Of a DNA stretch of 61,206 nucleotides, positions 47,122-56,280 are shown in pieces. Made by a program: the position numbers and the translations under genes. Each line of letters begins with the position of its first letter. The first letter of the stretch is position 1. The stretch is from Spirochaetia bacterium (lineage in GTDB: Bacteria > Bacillota > Desulfotomaculia > Desulfotomaculales > JAJYZD01). The notes under the pieces are model-generated. The model was not told where the DNA came from and searched no databases. It worked only from the letters and a program-made list of their open reading frames with translations. The stretch covers positions 1 through 61,206 of the forward strand of contig DATKUX010000074.1 of assembly GCA_035530395.1 (NCBI GenBank), read 5' to 3'.

Positions 47122-47691
47122 ATGCATCATGACTCAACCATTTGCATTGAGGTGCCCCAGGTATTAGACTTTTGTTTCCAGACGGAGCAACAGGATGTAT
47201 GTCTCCCTCTCTCGGCGTTTACGCCGACAGTAGCCGGAGTGGCTTGTAGCTGCACCAACAGCACGGCCAGCTGCACGCTGACCACCATCAGCTGCACCGA
47301 GGTGTCCCGTACCGCGAGCACCACCGCCGGTTTCTTTGACGTTACGTTCCTGGTTTCGTACTCGCTCACTATCAATATCGTAAACTCGGCCGGGATCGTT
47401 ACTTGCACTTCCACCAACAGCGCAAGCTTCTTCAAAACCGTCATCCTCTGCGCACCCGACGGCGCCAGCACGGCATGTGACCTCACCTTCAGCTGCGGTC
47501 CCTGCATTTGTATCGACGACGTGGTCTGCTGTTCCTTCAACCTGTGTCTGGTCCTCAAGTCTATATTCCCCGTAGTTTTGTCCGTGACCGGCACCGTCCT
47601 TACCCCGACCCTGTGCGTAACGCCGAGTCCGTTCCCGCCCATCTGTCCGCCCGTAGTCCCGACGCTCTGCAACAACTGCCCGCCGATGTAA
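47122..47691 (+). CDS. cysteine-rich protein, copy D (189 aa)
   Basis: RBS AGAGGAGGTAAAG. Same architecture and motifs as A and B, with about 85% identity by eye. Confidence 0.8.
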   Translation: MHHDSTICIEVPQVLDFCFQTEQQDVCLPLSAFTPTVAGVACSCTNSTASCTLTTISCTEVSRTASTTAGFFDVTFLVSYSLTINIVNSAGIVTCTSTNSASFFKTVILCAPDGASTACDLTFSCGPCICIDDVVCCSFNLCLVLKSIFPVVLSVTGTVLTPTLCVTPSPFPPICPPVVPTLCNNCPPM

Positions 47692-47702
47692 AAGTCAATC
47701 GA

Positions 47703-47737
47703 GGGAGGGCAGGCTGCCTACGGGGCAGCCTGCTCCC
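47703..47737 (+). promoter_or_regulatory. intercistronic GC stem-loop
   Basis: GGGAGGGCAGGCTGCC / GGCAGCCTGCTCCC. Confidence 0.55.
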
Positions 47738-47795
47738 TTAGCTAAGACCAATCCGGCGATAATGGCCGGACGGAGGGAGGTAGAACCGGACTAAA

Positions 47796-48005
47796 ATGCT
47801 AACCAGGATAGCGGTTAACGTCAAGCCGGCCATGGACAGGAGGACCGGTCAACGACTCCGGCAGTTGCTCGTGGCTATGCCGGGTGTCAAGCAGGTAACC
47901 ATCGCCTACCCGAACCGGGTGGAAGTGCAATATGACGAAGCGGAGGCCAGTGCCAGCGGCTTTTTGACGGTCATTCGAACTCACGGCTTAAGAACCGGTT
48001 TATAA
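47796..48005 (+). CDS. HMA-fold protein lacking CxxC, type 1 (module D)
   Basis: MLTRIAVNVKPAMDRRTGQRLRQLLVAMPGVKQVTIAYPNRVEVQYDEAE... Confidence 0.6.
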   Translation: MLTRIAVNVKPAMDRRTGQRLRQLLVAMPGVKQVTIAYPNRVEVQYDEAEASASGFLTVIRTHGLRTGL

Positions 48006-48105
48006 CTGGCCTGGACAGACAGGGGGTTGCCCCTGTCTGTTTGTCGTGAGCAGGGGCGAAAGGGCCGGTGCCGGTTTGCGGACAACATTGAAGGGAGTGG
48101 GAAAA

Positions 48106-48327
48106 GTGCCTACCATGGTTACACTCAAAACGGGCCTTTTTTTGAGCCCGGAAGAAGGGGATAAGTTAAAGAGCAGGCTCACCAGGTTCAAGGGCGTCAA
48201 CCGCGTTGACGTGTTGTATCCGGACCGCCTGCTCATAACCTACGACAGCCCCAGGGTAACTTTGTCGACCCTCAAGGCGGCAGTGAACGCCAAGGAACCA
48301 AAAAGCATCAGTGTAAACCGGAAATGA
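48106..48327 (+). CDS. HMA-fold-like protein lacking CxxC, type 2 (module D)
   Basis: GTG 48106 after [68 protein letters not shown]. Confidence 0.55.
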   Translation: MPTMVTLKTGLFLSPEEGDKLKSRLTRFKGVNRVDVLYPDRLLITYDSPRVTLSTLKAAVNAKEPKSISVNRK

Positions 48328-48371
48328 GGGGGACGCAAATAGGGGGGACCGGGGGTCCCGCCGTAGTGAAA

Positions 48372-48400
48372 AGACCGGCGTTGCACCGGTCTTTTCTTTG
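48372..48400 (+). terminator. rho-independent terminator of module D
   Basis: AGACCGG-CGTTGCA-CCGGTCT followed by TTTCTTTG. Confidence 0.75.
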
Positions 48401-48496
48401 TGCGCTTTTTCTCAAATTCATCTTCACCTTGGGACATGCCCGTGGTATAATGTCTATATAGGAAAAAAAGAACTATCGGTAGGGAGGGATGTTTCT

Positions 48497-49138
48497 TTGA
48501 ATCTGCTGATCATGGGACCACCCGGGGCAGGTAAGGGAACACAGGCGGAAGTACTGGTCAAGGAACTCAAAATCCCCCACATTTCCACCGGAGACATGTT
48601 TCGGGCCGCCATCAGCGAAGGCACCGAAATGGGTAAAAAGGCCAAGGAGTACATGGACAAGGGCCAACTGGTCCCTGACGAAGTGGTAGTGGGGATGGTC
48701 AAGGAGCGTCTGGGTAAACCGGACACGGCCGTAGGCTTTTTGTTGGACGGTTTTCCGCGCAACCTGTCCCAGGCCCAGGCTCTTGACGAAACGCTGGCTT
48801 CCCTCGGCATCAAACCTGACGGTGTTATAAACATAGCTGTGCCGCGGGAGCGTCTGATGGCGCGTCTCACCGGCCGGCGGGTCTGCAAGAATTGCGGCGC
48901 CAGCTATCACATAATGTTCAATCCACCGAAATCCGAGGGGGTTTGCAACTCCTGCGGCGGGGAACTTTACCAGCGCAGCGATGACAACGAAGTTTCCGTG
49001 GGTAACCGCCTGGACGTGTACGAAGGTCAGACCAGGCCCCTCATTGAGTACTACCAGGCTCAGGGCATACTGAAGGACATTAACGGCGACCAGGCCATCG
49101 ACCAGGTTCTGAAGGATATCCTGGCCAGCCTGCGGTAG
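48497..49138 (+). CDS. adk: adenylate kinase (long form with Cys4 zinc lid)
   Basis: TTG 48497 after [22 protein letters not shown]-loop. Lid CKNCGASYH...CNSCGGEL. Confidence 0.9.
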   Translation: MNLLIMGPPGAGKGTQAEVLVKELKIPHISTGDMFRAAISEGTEMGKKAKEYMDKGQLVPDEVVVGMVKERLGKPDTAVGFLLDGFPRNLSQAQALDETLASLGIKPDGVINIAVPRERLMARLTGRRVCKNCGASYHIMFNPPKSEGVCNSCGGELYQRSDDNEVSVGNRLDVYEGQTRPLIEYYQAQGILKDINGDQAIDQVLKDILASLR

Positions 49139-49147
49139 CACTTCCCG

Positions 49148-49912
49148 ATGGCCTGTTACGAAGCCCTGGCCCTTCTCTACGACCGGCTGGTCGAAGGGGT
49201 GGATTTTGCGGGCTGGGCAGATTACGTGGAGGAGATTCTCGCTCATTTCCACAGCCGGGCCGTCAATGTTGTGGATCTCGCCTGCGGTACGGGCAATACC
49301 GCCCTGCCACTGGCAGGGCGGGGTTACCGGGTGACAGGTGTGGACATCAGCCCCGCCATGCTGGCCGTGGCCGGAGAAAAGGCGCGCCGCCTGGACACAG
49401 TTCTTGAGCTGATCCAGGCCGATATGCGTCTTTTTTCCCTGCCGGGGATGGTCGACCTGGTAACCTGCTTTCACGATGGTCTAAACTACCTGTCCGGCAT
49501 CGGGGACTTGAGGCAAACCTTTGCGAGGGTGCGGCTGGCCCTGCGTCCGGGCGGACTCTTTATTTTCGACCTGAACGCGCTGGAGTGGCTGATGGGTTGT
49601 CACCCCGTCACAGGGGCAACCAGCCAGCCGGAGGAAGTTGTTCTGACGGAGGAAGATTTTGGCTTGACCTGGCGTACGACCTACGATCACGAGCACCGCA
49701 GATGGGAAATTGAACTTCAGGGGTGGATAATGCAAAACGGGGAGAAGGCCTGCTTCGCGGAATGCCACAGGGAACGGGCCTATGCCCCCAATGAGGTGGC
49801 TGCGGCTCTGGAGGCGGCCCGCCTCCAGATGTTGGGCATCTTTCATCCCTTCACCCTGGAACCCGCCGGTCCTGCGAGCCGGCGTCACTTTTACGTGGCC
49901 AGGCGGCCGTAA
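49148..49912 (+). CDS. class I SAM-dependent methyltransferase
   Basis: VVDLACGTGNTALPLAGRGYRVTGVDIS motif I/II. Confidence 0.75.
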   Translation: MACYEALALLYDRLVEGVDFAGWADYVEEILAHFHSRAVNVVDLACGTGNTALPLAGRGYRVTGVDISPAMLAVAGEKARRLDTVLELIQADMRLFSLPGMVDLVTCFHDGLNYLSGIGDLRQTFARVRLALRPGGLFIFDLNALEWLMGCHPVTGATSQPEEVVLTEEDFGLTWRTTYDHEHRRWEIELQGWIMQNGEKACFAECHRERAYAPNEVAAALEAARLQMLGIFHPFTLEPAGPASRRHFYVARRP

Positions 49913-49916
49913 GGGA

Positions 49917-50744
49917 GTGGTCAACCTGCCGCAGGAGATACCGCCTGCCGATATCGCTGTCATCGGTGGATCAAGCACCTACAGCATTGCCTTTCCGGAG
50001 GCCATATCCCGTGAAGGGGTAGAGGTCCTGGCCGAGGGGCTGGTCTTCGAAACCCCATTTGGTCCCGGCCCCCCGCTGAAGCTCTTCACGGCGTCCGGTC
50101 GCAGGGTGCTCACTGTCCGCATGCACGGCTGGCGCCGGGGCGTATCCCGGGCATCTGCCTCCCAACAGCTTTTCTGGCTTTTAAGCCAGGCCGGGGTGAA
50201 GGAGGTGCTGGCGGAGGGGGGCGTCGGCGCCGTCAACCATCTCCTTAACCTGCGTGACATCATGGTCGTTTCCGATTACCTGGATTTTTCCTTGCGTAAG
50301 GACGTGAGTTTGGGCACCCCCTTTCTATCCAGCATGCGCCAGCCGGTTTGTCCCCGTCTGGCCGGGTCCCTGGCGCAGGCCGCCGGCGGAGCCAAACGTT
50401 TGTTTGACCGCGGTGTTTACGCCGTCACGGACGGGCGCCACTTTGAAAGCCGGGCCGAGGTAAAGATGCTGGCGCAACTCGGCGCGGACGTGGTGGGACA
50501 AAGCATGTGCCCCGAGGTTTACCTGACCCGGGAAATAGGGGCCTGCTACGCCCGCGTCGATCAGGTGGTCAACTACGCCGAGGGGGTAATCGCCGATTGG
50601 CAGCATGAGGACCTCGAAGACATCTTTTATGAAGAAGCGTTGCTTTTAGCCCGCATCCTACTGGATGCAGTGAACCTGCCCCCACAGGGCGACCCGTGCC
50701 ACTGCCGGGATTTGCGCTTTCCCAGCCTCCTGACCGGCGTCTGA
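49917..50744 (+). CDS. MTAP-family purine nucleoside / methylthioadenosine phosphorylase-like protein
   Basis: IAVIGGSS N-terminal motif and GADVVGQSMCPEVYLTREIGACYARVDQVVNYAEG, typical of the MTAP/PNP family. Start uncertain (GTG 49917 chosen). Confidence 0.6.
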   Translation: MVNLPQEIPPADIAVIGGSSTYSIAFPEAISREGVEVLAEGLVFETPFGPGPPLKLFTASGRRVLTVRMHGWRRGVSRASASQQLFWLLSQAGVKEVLAEGGVGAVNHLLNLRDIMVVSDYLDFSLRKDVSLGTPFLSSMRQPVCPRLAGSLAQAAGGAKRLFDRGVYAVTDGRHFESRAEVKMLAQLGADVVGQSMCPEVYLTREIGACYARVDQVVNYAEGVIADWQHEDLEDIFYEEALLLARILLDAVNLPPQGDPCHCRDLRFPSLLTGV

Positions 50745-51216
50745 ACGGCGCCGGTCAAGGCGCGTTCCGTACGCGTCCCCCGGTTATTCAAACGTGACAA
50801 AAGTCCTACAACTTCCGCCTAAACCATCCCGCAAAGGTGCCGATAATGTAATAGGACATGTGGTAAACCTGCTCATGATTAAACAGAAAGTTTGTTCGGC
50901 GGCTACCCAAACCGGTATTCGCTCAAAACAGAGTCACAAAGTATCTACATCACTGCAGACCGCCAATAGTTTTCACAACACAGGCCAGACCATCGGAAAT
51001 AGCAACGCGGATGCGGTACTAAAGTACTAGTATCCCAGACACGGCCTATGCCTGTCCGGCGCAGGAGCAACCAAGTCGTAGCGACAGGGGGGGACTCTGA
51101 ACATGCCAGCGGCACGCAACGGCAACGGTCCCGACGGCTCCTATTCCCTGAAAGGGAGTCCGGAACCGTGCCTGCCCACAACCGTTTTTCCACAGAACGT
51201 TACCGGGGAGGACATC

Positions 51217-52137
51217 GTGCTTAAAGCCGCTCTGGTGGAAGAGATTGCGGACATGGTGTTAGTGCATAATTTCCAGGGGTTCTTTGTTTATGTAAACCAG
51301 GCAGCCATGCAAACCCTGGGGTACAAGGAAGATGAGATATACAGTATGCACGTCACCCAGGTGGACCACAACGCGGTAAAGATCAAGCACGTAGTGGCGG
51401 CCTTACGAAGACACGGCCACTGCGTGTTCACGTCCAGCTATACCAGGAAAAACGGTAAGGAAATTATGGTGGAAGTAAACTCCAGGGTTATTACCTGCGG
51501 GGGTGAAGAGATTGTGCTGAGTCTGGCCAGGGATATTTCGAGGAGAATTCAGGCCCAGGAAAGGCTCAAACTGAGGCACCGCCGCCTGATCGCGATGAAC
51601 AACCAGTTACGCCTCAAAAGCGAAAAGGACCCTCTTACCGACCTTTATAACAGGCTCTTTTTCGAACGAGCCCTAAGCAGGATAGAGGGCAGCCGGGATC
51701 ACTATCCGGTATCCATCTTTCTCTTGGACATTGACGGACTTAAACTGGTCAACGACATTCTGGGCCACAGCAAGGGCGACATGTTTCTGAAGAAGGCCGT
51801 ATCGATCATAAAATGCAACTTCCGTTCCGAAGACATCATTGCGCGTCTGGGTGGCGACGAGTTCACGGTGCTGATGCCTAGAAGCAACCACCTGGTAGCC
51901 GGGGAAAAAGCGCAGGTCTTGCGCGAGATGGCCCTGGGCAGCCTGGAGGAGCCGCTGCCGGTATGCTATTCGGTCGGCTTCGCTACCACTGACAACATCT
52001 TTAAAAGCCTCTACGACGTACTGCGCGAAGCTGACGCCAATATGTACCGGGAAAAGGAAGCCAACCGGGATAATACTTTTTCAGTGGTGCGAAAATCGCT
52101 CTGGCGCCTGCGGAGTGAAGGATATCACGACTTCTGA
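51217..52137 (+). CDS. PAS-domain diguanylate cyclase (GGDEF)
   Basis: GTG 51217 after GGGGAGGA (alternative ATG at 51103). PAS region, coiled linker, then DPLTDLYNR...DIDGLKLVND..GH..GD...RLGGDEFTVLM. Confidence 0.8.
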   Translation: MLKAALVEEIADMVLVHNFQGFFVYVNQAAMQTLGYKEDEIYSMHVTQVDHNAVKIKHVVAALRRHGHCVFTSSYTRKNGKEIMVEVNSRVITCGGEEIVLSLARDISRRIQAQERLKLRHRRLIAMNNQLRLKSEKDPLTDLYNRLFFERALSRIEGSRDHYPVSIFLLDIDGLKLVNDILGHSKGDMFLKKAVSIIKCNFRSEDIIARLGGDEFTVLMPRSNHLVAGEKAQVLREMALGSLEEPLPVCYSVGFATTDNIFKSLYDVLREADANMYREKEANRDNTFSVVRKSLWRLRSEGYHDF

Positions 52138-52160
52138 GAGGCCCCGGGATCCGGGGCCTC
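52138..52160 (+). terminator. stem-loop terminator after the GGDEF gene
   Basis: GAGGCCCCGG-GAT-CCGGGGCCTC. The U-tract is weak. Confidence 0.45.
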
Positions 52161-52342
52161 GAGCCTTTTACCAACGGTCAGTCCTCTCCCTCAATTTAGT
52201 TCCCATAATGTATATTATGTAAACTAAAATAACTTCCCGGGCTCCCGGGGCCGGCAGTCCCTTCCCCCGCCCGGGCTGGGGCACCTTTTACCCTTATTGA
52301 ATAAATATTCATCCCCTGATTATTCATAATCCAAAGATAAAA

Positions 52343-52374
52343 CCCGATGAATACTTGCATAGATATTCATCGGG
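52343..52374 (-). terminator. rho-independent terminator of the nitroreductase gene
   Basis: 11-bp perfect stem CCCGATGAATA / TATTCATCGGG, followed on the minus strand by TTTTATCTTT. Confidence 0.65.
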
Positions 52375-52411
52375 TCAAGGGCATTCCTACAGTTGTAATA
52401 CTAATCCGGCC

Positions 52412-52945
52412 TCAGGCCTGACCGTCCCACCTTTCGTAGCAAACAATCTCCTCCAGGGTCTTCCTGGGACGTGGTTTGGGATCCTGGTCAGGATAGCCCA
52501 GCGGTGTCATCCCGACGATCTTCCATGTTGCCGGTATGCTCAGGGCGACTTTGACCGGGTTCTCGTCGAATTCTCCCAGCCAGCACGTACCCAGACCCTC
52601 CGCCCTGGCCGCCAGCATCAGGTTTTCCATGGTAATTCCGGCGTCCACCAGGTAATAGTCCTTGTCGCCCATCTTGCCGGAGGCCTGGGGATCCGCGCAC
52701 AGCACGATCATCACGGGGGCGGCCGTGATGGCCTTTTTGCCGGGGTTTGTGTCTTCGAAGCCGGACAAAATGCCGGTCTTGCCAGTCTCACCGCGCACCA
52801 CGATGAACCGCCAGCACTGCAGGTCTTTCCACGATGGCGCCAGACGGGCGGCGTCGAGGACGCGCAGCACCTGCTCCTGGGCCACCTGGTCCGGCTTGTA
52901 GCGGCGTATGCTTCGCCTGGCTGAAATGGCCTCGTAGACATCCAT
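52412..52945 (-). CDS. nitroreductase-family protein
   Basis: AISARRSIRRYKPDQV...VLDAARLAPSW...QCWRFIVV is the classic FMN nitroreductase N-terminus. Confidence 0.85.
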   Translation of the reverse strand: MDVYEAISARRSIRRYKPDQVAQEQVLRVLDAARLAPSWKDLQCWRFIVVRGETGKTGILSGFEDTNPGKKAITAAPVMIVLCADPQASGKMGDKDYYLVDAGITMENLMLAARAEGLGTCWLGEFDENPVKVALSIPATWKIVGMTPLGYPDQDPKPRPRKTLEEIVCYERWDGQA

Positions 52946-53123
52946 AAATTTTTCCTCCTGTCATCTTAGTCTACATAGTTGCACCGATGCCGCCACGGGC
53001 TGGGGGAAATCCCCCCTGCCCTGCCAGCCCCGCCATCAGTTGACCTAATTGCCGGCGGCCGTCAACACGGCACCGTCTGATTGTCCATTTCCGCACGATA
53101 CCCATGTTGGCGGCAAGGTTTCC

Positions 53124-53903
53124 TTAGTCGCCTTCCCGGCCGAACTCCTTCTCCACCTGGCTGTAGGCAGCGGGAAACACCGCCTCGTAGTTTAGTGTGG
53201 ACGTAATCGGGTACCTTACTCCTTTGCGGTGGGTTTCCGCCAGACCTTTAAGGACCCCGTCCAAACGGCCGGCAGGGATGCCGAAGGCCATTTCGTGATC
53301 CTGGGTCTGGGCAAACACCCTCTCTCCCGTGCAGGGCATGCCCATCTGACATTTGCCACTCAAGTAGGGTGCCGCAATTTCTTCCGCACAGGCGCCCCGC
53401 CCGGACATGGCCGTGGCGAATGCTCCCCCTGTTCCATAAAGGTCGGCCTGGATCAACCGCATCATTTGCGCCGGGTGGCCGTAAACCAGCACGATATCCG
53501 GGTCGAAGTCGATCCGGTCCAGGGGGCCGATTACAACCCAGCGCTCCGGATTGTAGGCTAGGCGTTGCATGGTCTGCTCCGAACGCACTCCAGCCTCACT
53601 TGACGATACGTAGGTCTGTTCGGCCAGATGGCCTTCCAGGTAAAAGGGGCCGGGATGGTCAAATCCGAATATAAGGGAGCCCAGAGCACATTTTTGCTCC
53701 TCCCGGCCGAACGCCACCGTCCAGCCGTAGCGGCGGGCCATGGTAACGAGTTGGCACACGGCCAGCTTCTTTTTGAAATTATGCACCGGGGTTTTGGCGG
53801 ATTTGGGTACGCCCTCCCTGCTTTCCAGGATCCCGATGCCCAACGGAAAGGAACTGGGTAGAAGGTAACGGTTCAGTTGCGCGGCGGCTTCCTTGGTATC
53901 CAC
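53124..53903 (-). CDS. DUF169-like protein
   Basis: ~259 aa. LAVCQLVTMARRYGWTV...KCALGS and MGMPCTGERV features recall DUF169. Family assignment is tentative. Confidence 0.4.
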   Translation of the reverse strand: MDTKEAAAQLNRYLLPSSFPLGIGILESREGVPKSAKTPVHNFKKKLAVCQLVTMARRYGWTVAFGREEQKCALGSLIFGFDHPGPFYLEGHLAEQTYVSSSEAGVRSEQTMQRLAYNPERWVVIGPLDRIDFDPDIVLVYGHPAQMMRLIQADLYGTGGAFATAMSGRGACAEEIAAPYLSGKCQMGMPCTGERVFAQTQDHEMAFGIPAGRLDGVLKGLAETHRKGVRYPITSTLNYEAVFPAAYSQVEKEFGREGD

Positions 53904-54277
53904 TGACTACTCCCCCTTTTACGGCCGGTCGAGATTATTCGTACATACCGGCCGGTGTTAACGAGGAGTATTTCTCTGTCGAAGATTCTCTTTCCTGCCG
54001 TTTCGCCACCCTAAGAGCCCAGTAAACCCAAGCAGTTCTTGAGCTCACCGCTCACACCCTAAGACTCTGCTTTCCTGCCCCATATCACCTCGTGCCCTGC
54101 TGCGATCCGGTGGACCTGCAGGAGGCCTTTGCAGCCTGTCTGGGTAACCTTTATCGGTTATAGCCATAATATGGAATATATACCGCAGATGGCAACGCCA
54201 CTACCGTTGCATCCTGTTTCAGCCCCGTCCCGCTTCCCGGGATCGGGTACGGAGTGTAGGTGAGGAGGAAACTCATC

Positions 54278-55543
54278 GTGCGACAAAGCAAGGAAAGCAG
54301 AGCAATGCAGGGAAAGCACAAGCGACGGGCAACGTCTGTGGCTTCCGGGCCGCTGGCTCCGGCCGTTGCCGTAAGCCCTGACAAGGTCCAATGCTCCATC
54401 GTAATTCCCCAGTATGGGCGAGCCGACCTGACCCTTCAGTGTCTAAATTCGCTGATGACCCATGTTGTTCCCTTTCATTCCTGCGAAGTAATTGTTGTGG
54501 ACGACGCTTCACCCGATGACGCTGCCCAGCAGGTAACCAGGGAGTACGGAGACAGGGTGACGATGGTCCGGAACGCGAGGAACCTGGGTTTTGCCGGTGC
54601 CTGCAACCGGGGGGCAGCGGTTGCCTCCGGCAAATACGTGGTGTTCTTGAACAACGACACGCTGTCGACAAACGACTGGCTTACGCCGATGTTGAGGGCC
54701 GCAGCGGATCCCAGGGTGGGTATCGTGGGGGCCAAGCTCCTTTTTCCCGACCATACGGTTCAGCACGCCGGCGTCTGGTTCGCTTCCAACGGACGATTTC
54801 CCCTGACCCCGGTTCATGTTCATTTTGGTAGCGCCGGAATCACGGATCCGGCGGTTAACACTCCGGGGGAGGTGCCGGCCGTCACTGGTGCCTGTATGCT
54901 CGTGGACCGCAGGCTTTTTCTCGGGGTGGGTGGGTTTGACGAAGCCTACGACATGTCCTGTGAGGATATAGACCTGTGCATGAAGGTGCGGGAAAAAGGC
55001 CGCGTGATCAGGTACGAGCCTGAGGCGGTGCTGATCCATTTCGAACGGCAGACCCGGCAGGATTTGGCCACGGAAAAAGATGTACCTGCACTTTTGACTT
55101 TCAATAAAAAGTGGCTGAAGAGTGATTGGGTCAAGTATACCATTCCTTCGCCCGCCGACGGGGATGAGGGCGGATCACCCCTGGATTTCGTCATCACCGG
55201 CGGCCGTGGTTTGCCGGCACTTTACCAGTCGATGCTAGAAATGTTGCGCTTTCTCAGGCCCATGGACCGGGTGATCCTCTGCGATTCCGGCTCCCAAGAC
55301 GGCGCGGCCGAGTTTATAGAGAACATCGCCAGGAACAACCCCGGCAGAGCCATAAATGTGTCCGGCGTGCCAGCTGGTCAACCGCAGGAACTGGCCAGTT
55401 GGCTATTGGCGGGAGGTGTGGGTGTCACTTTGGGGCGACTGGTTTTTTGGCAACCGATGGTGCACGAACCAGGGCCCACCAGGGTGGCCCTTGCTGAACT
55501 GCGGACCGCCCCGGAACCAGCCGGGCGGTTCAGCCTGGTATAG
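54278..55543 (+). CDS. family-2 glycosyltransferase
   Basis: GTG 54278 after GAGGAGG. CSIVIPQYGRADLTLQCLNSL, VIVVDDASPDD, NLGFAGACNRG and VFLNNDT. Confidence 0.8.
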   Translation: MRQSKESRAMQGKHKRRATSVASGPLAPAVAVSPDKVQCSIVIPQYGRADLTLQCLNSLMTHVVPFHSCEVIVVDDASPDDAAQQVTREYGDRVTMVRNARNLGFAGACNRGAAVASGKYVVFLNNDTLSTNDWLTPMLRAAADPRVGIVGAKLLFPDHTVQHAGVWFASNGRFPLTPVHVHFGSAGITDPAVNTPGEVPAVTGACMLVDRRLFLGVGGFDEAYDMSCEDIDLCMKVREKGRVIRYEPEAVLIHFERQTRQDLATEKDVPALLTFNKKWLKSDWVKYTIPSPADGDEGGSPLDFVITGGRGLPALYQSMLEMLRFLRPMDRVILCDSGSQDGAAEFIENIARNNPGRAINVSGVPAGQPQELASWLLAGGVGVTLGRLVFWQPMVHEPGPTRVALAELRTAPEPAGRFSLV

Positions 55544-55617
55544 AAGGTTCAATCCGTCCGAGATGGCACTACACAGTATTGCCGGCCAAGTAAAAAGAGG
55601 AAAGAAGGCAAGAGGTT

Positions 55618-56280
55618 ATGAAAGGTGATCTTTGGAACTACTTCGAAAATAACCAGGGGCGAAAGATAGACAAATGGGTTCACCATTTCGAAATCTACGA
55701 AAGATACTTTAGTAAATATAGAAATCTCCCGGTTAATGTATTAGAGATCGGCGTAGATCATGGGGGTTCCCTTCAAATGTGGAAACACTATTTCGGCGAC
55801 ACTGCCCAGATATTTGGTTTGGATATTAATTCACACTGCAAATCTCTTGAAGAAGACCGTATCAAAATATTCATCGGCGATCAGGGCAACAAAGAATTTC
55901 TTAGATCACTAAAACAAGAATTACCGAAGATACACATATTAATTGACGACGGTGGTCACACAATGTCTCAGCAAATAACAACCTTTGAAGAATTATTTCC
56001 GCATATAGTTGAAGATGGAATATATCTTTGTGAGGATGTATGTACAAGCTACTGGAACGAATTTGGTGGCGGATATAAGAATAGTAATACCTTCATCGAA
56101 CATAGCAAGAACCTGATTGATTACCTCAATGCCTGGTATTCCCGTGAAAGCGAAACATTTAACGTAAATGATTTTACTAGGTCAGCACATTCTATGCATT
56201 ATTATGCTAGTGTTTTAGTTATTGAGAAATGCCTAATGACTCTACCCCAGCGCTGTATATCGGGGAAGCCGTCGTTTTAA
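55618..56280 (+). CDS. class I SAM-dependent methyltransferase (CmcI / cephalosporin-hydroxylase-like family), AT-rich
   Basis: KIDKWVHHFEIYERYF...NVLEIGVDHGGSLQMW..YF...IFGLDIN and IDDGGH are typical of the CmcI-like sugar O-methyltransferase family. Confidence 0.65.
   Translation: MKGDLWNYFENNQGRKIDKWVHHFEIYERYFSKYRNLPVNVLEIGVDHGGSLQMWKHYFGDTAQIFGLDINSHCKSLEEDRIKIFIGDQGNKEFLRSLKQELPKIHILIDDGGHTMSQQITTFEELFPHIVEDGIYLCEDVCTSYWNEFGGGYKNSNTFIEHSKNLIDYLNAWYSRESETFNVNDFTRSAHSMHYYASVLVIEKCLMTLPQRCISGKPSF

Noticed and set aside
42940-47675. Long minus-strand ORFs antisense to the Cys-rich genes (42940-43659, 43785-44456, 45356-45922, 47127-47675; 182-239 aa)
   Set aside because: They are shadow ORFs. 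They have no RBS, and their starts are not conserved. The plus-strand genes have strong AGGAGG sites, promoters upstream and terminators downstream, and the paralogue substitutions preserve the plus-strand reading frame.
52295-52310. Palindrome TGAATA-AA-TATTCA, considered as a Fur/PerR-like operator
   Set aside because: It lies between convergent gene ends, so there is no promoter to regulate. It does not match the 7-1-7 Fur or PerR consensus.
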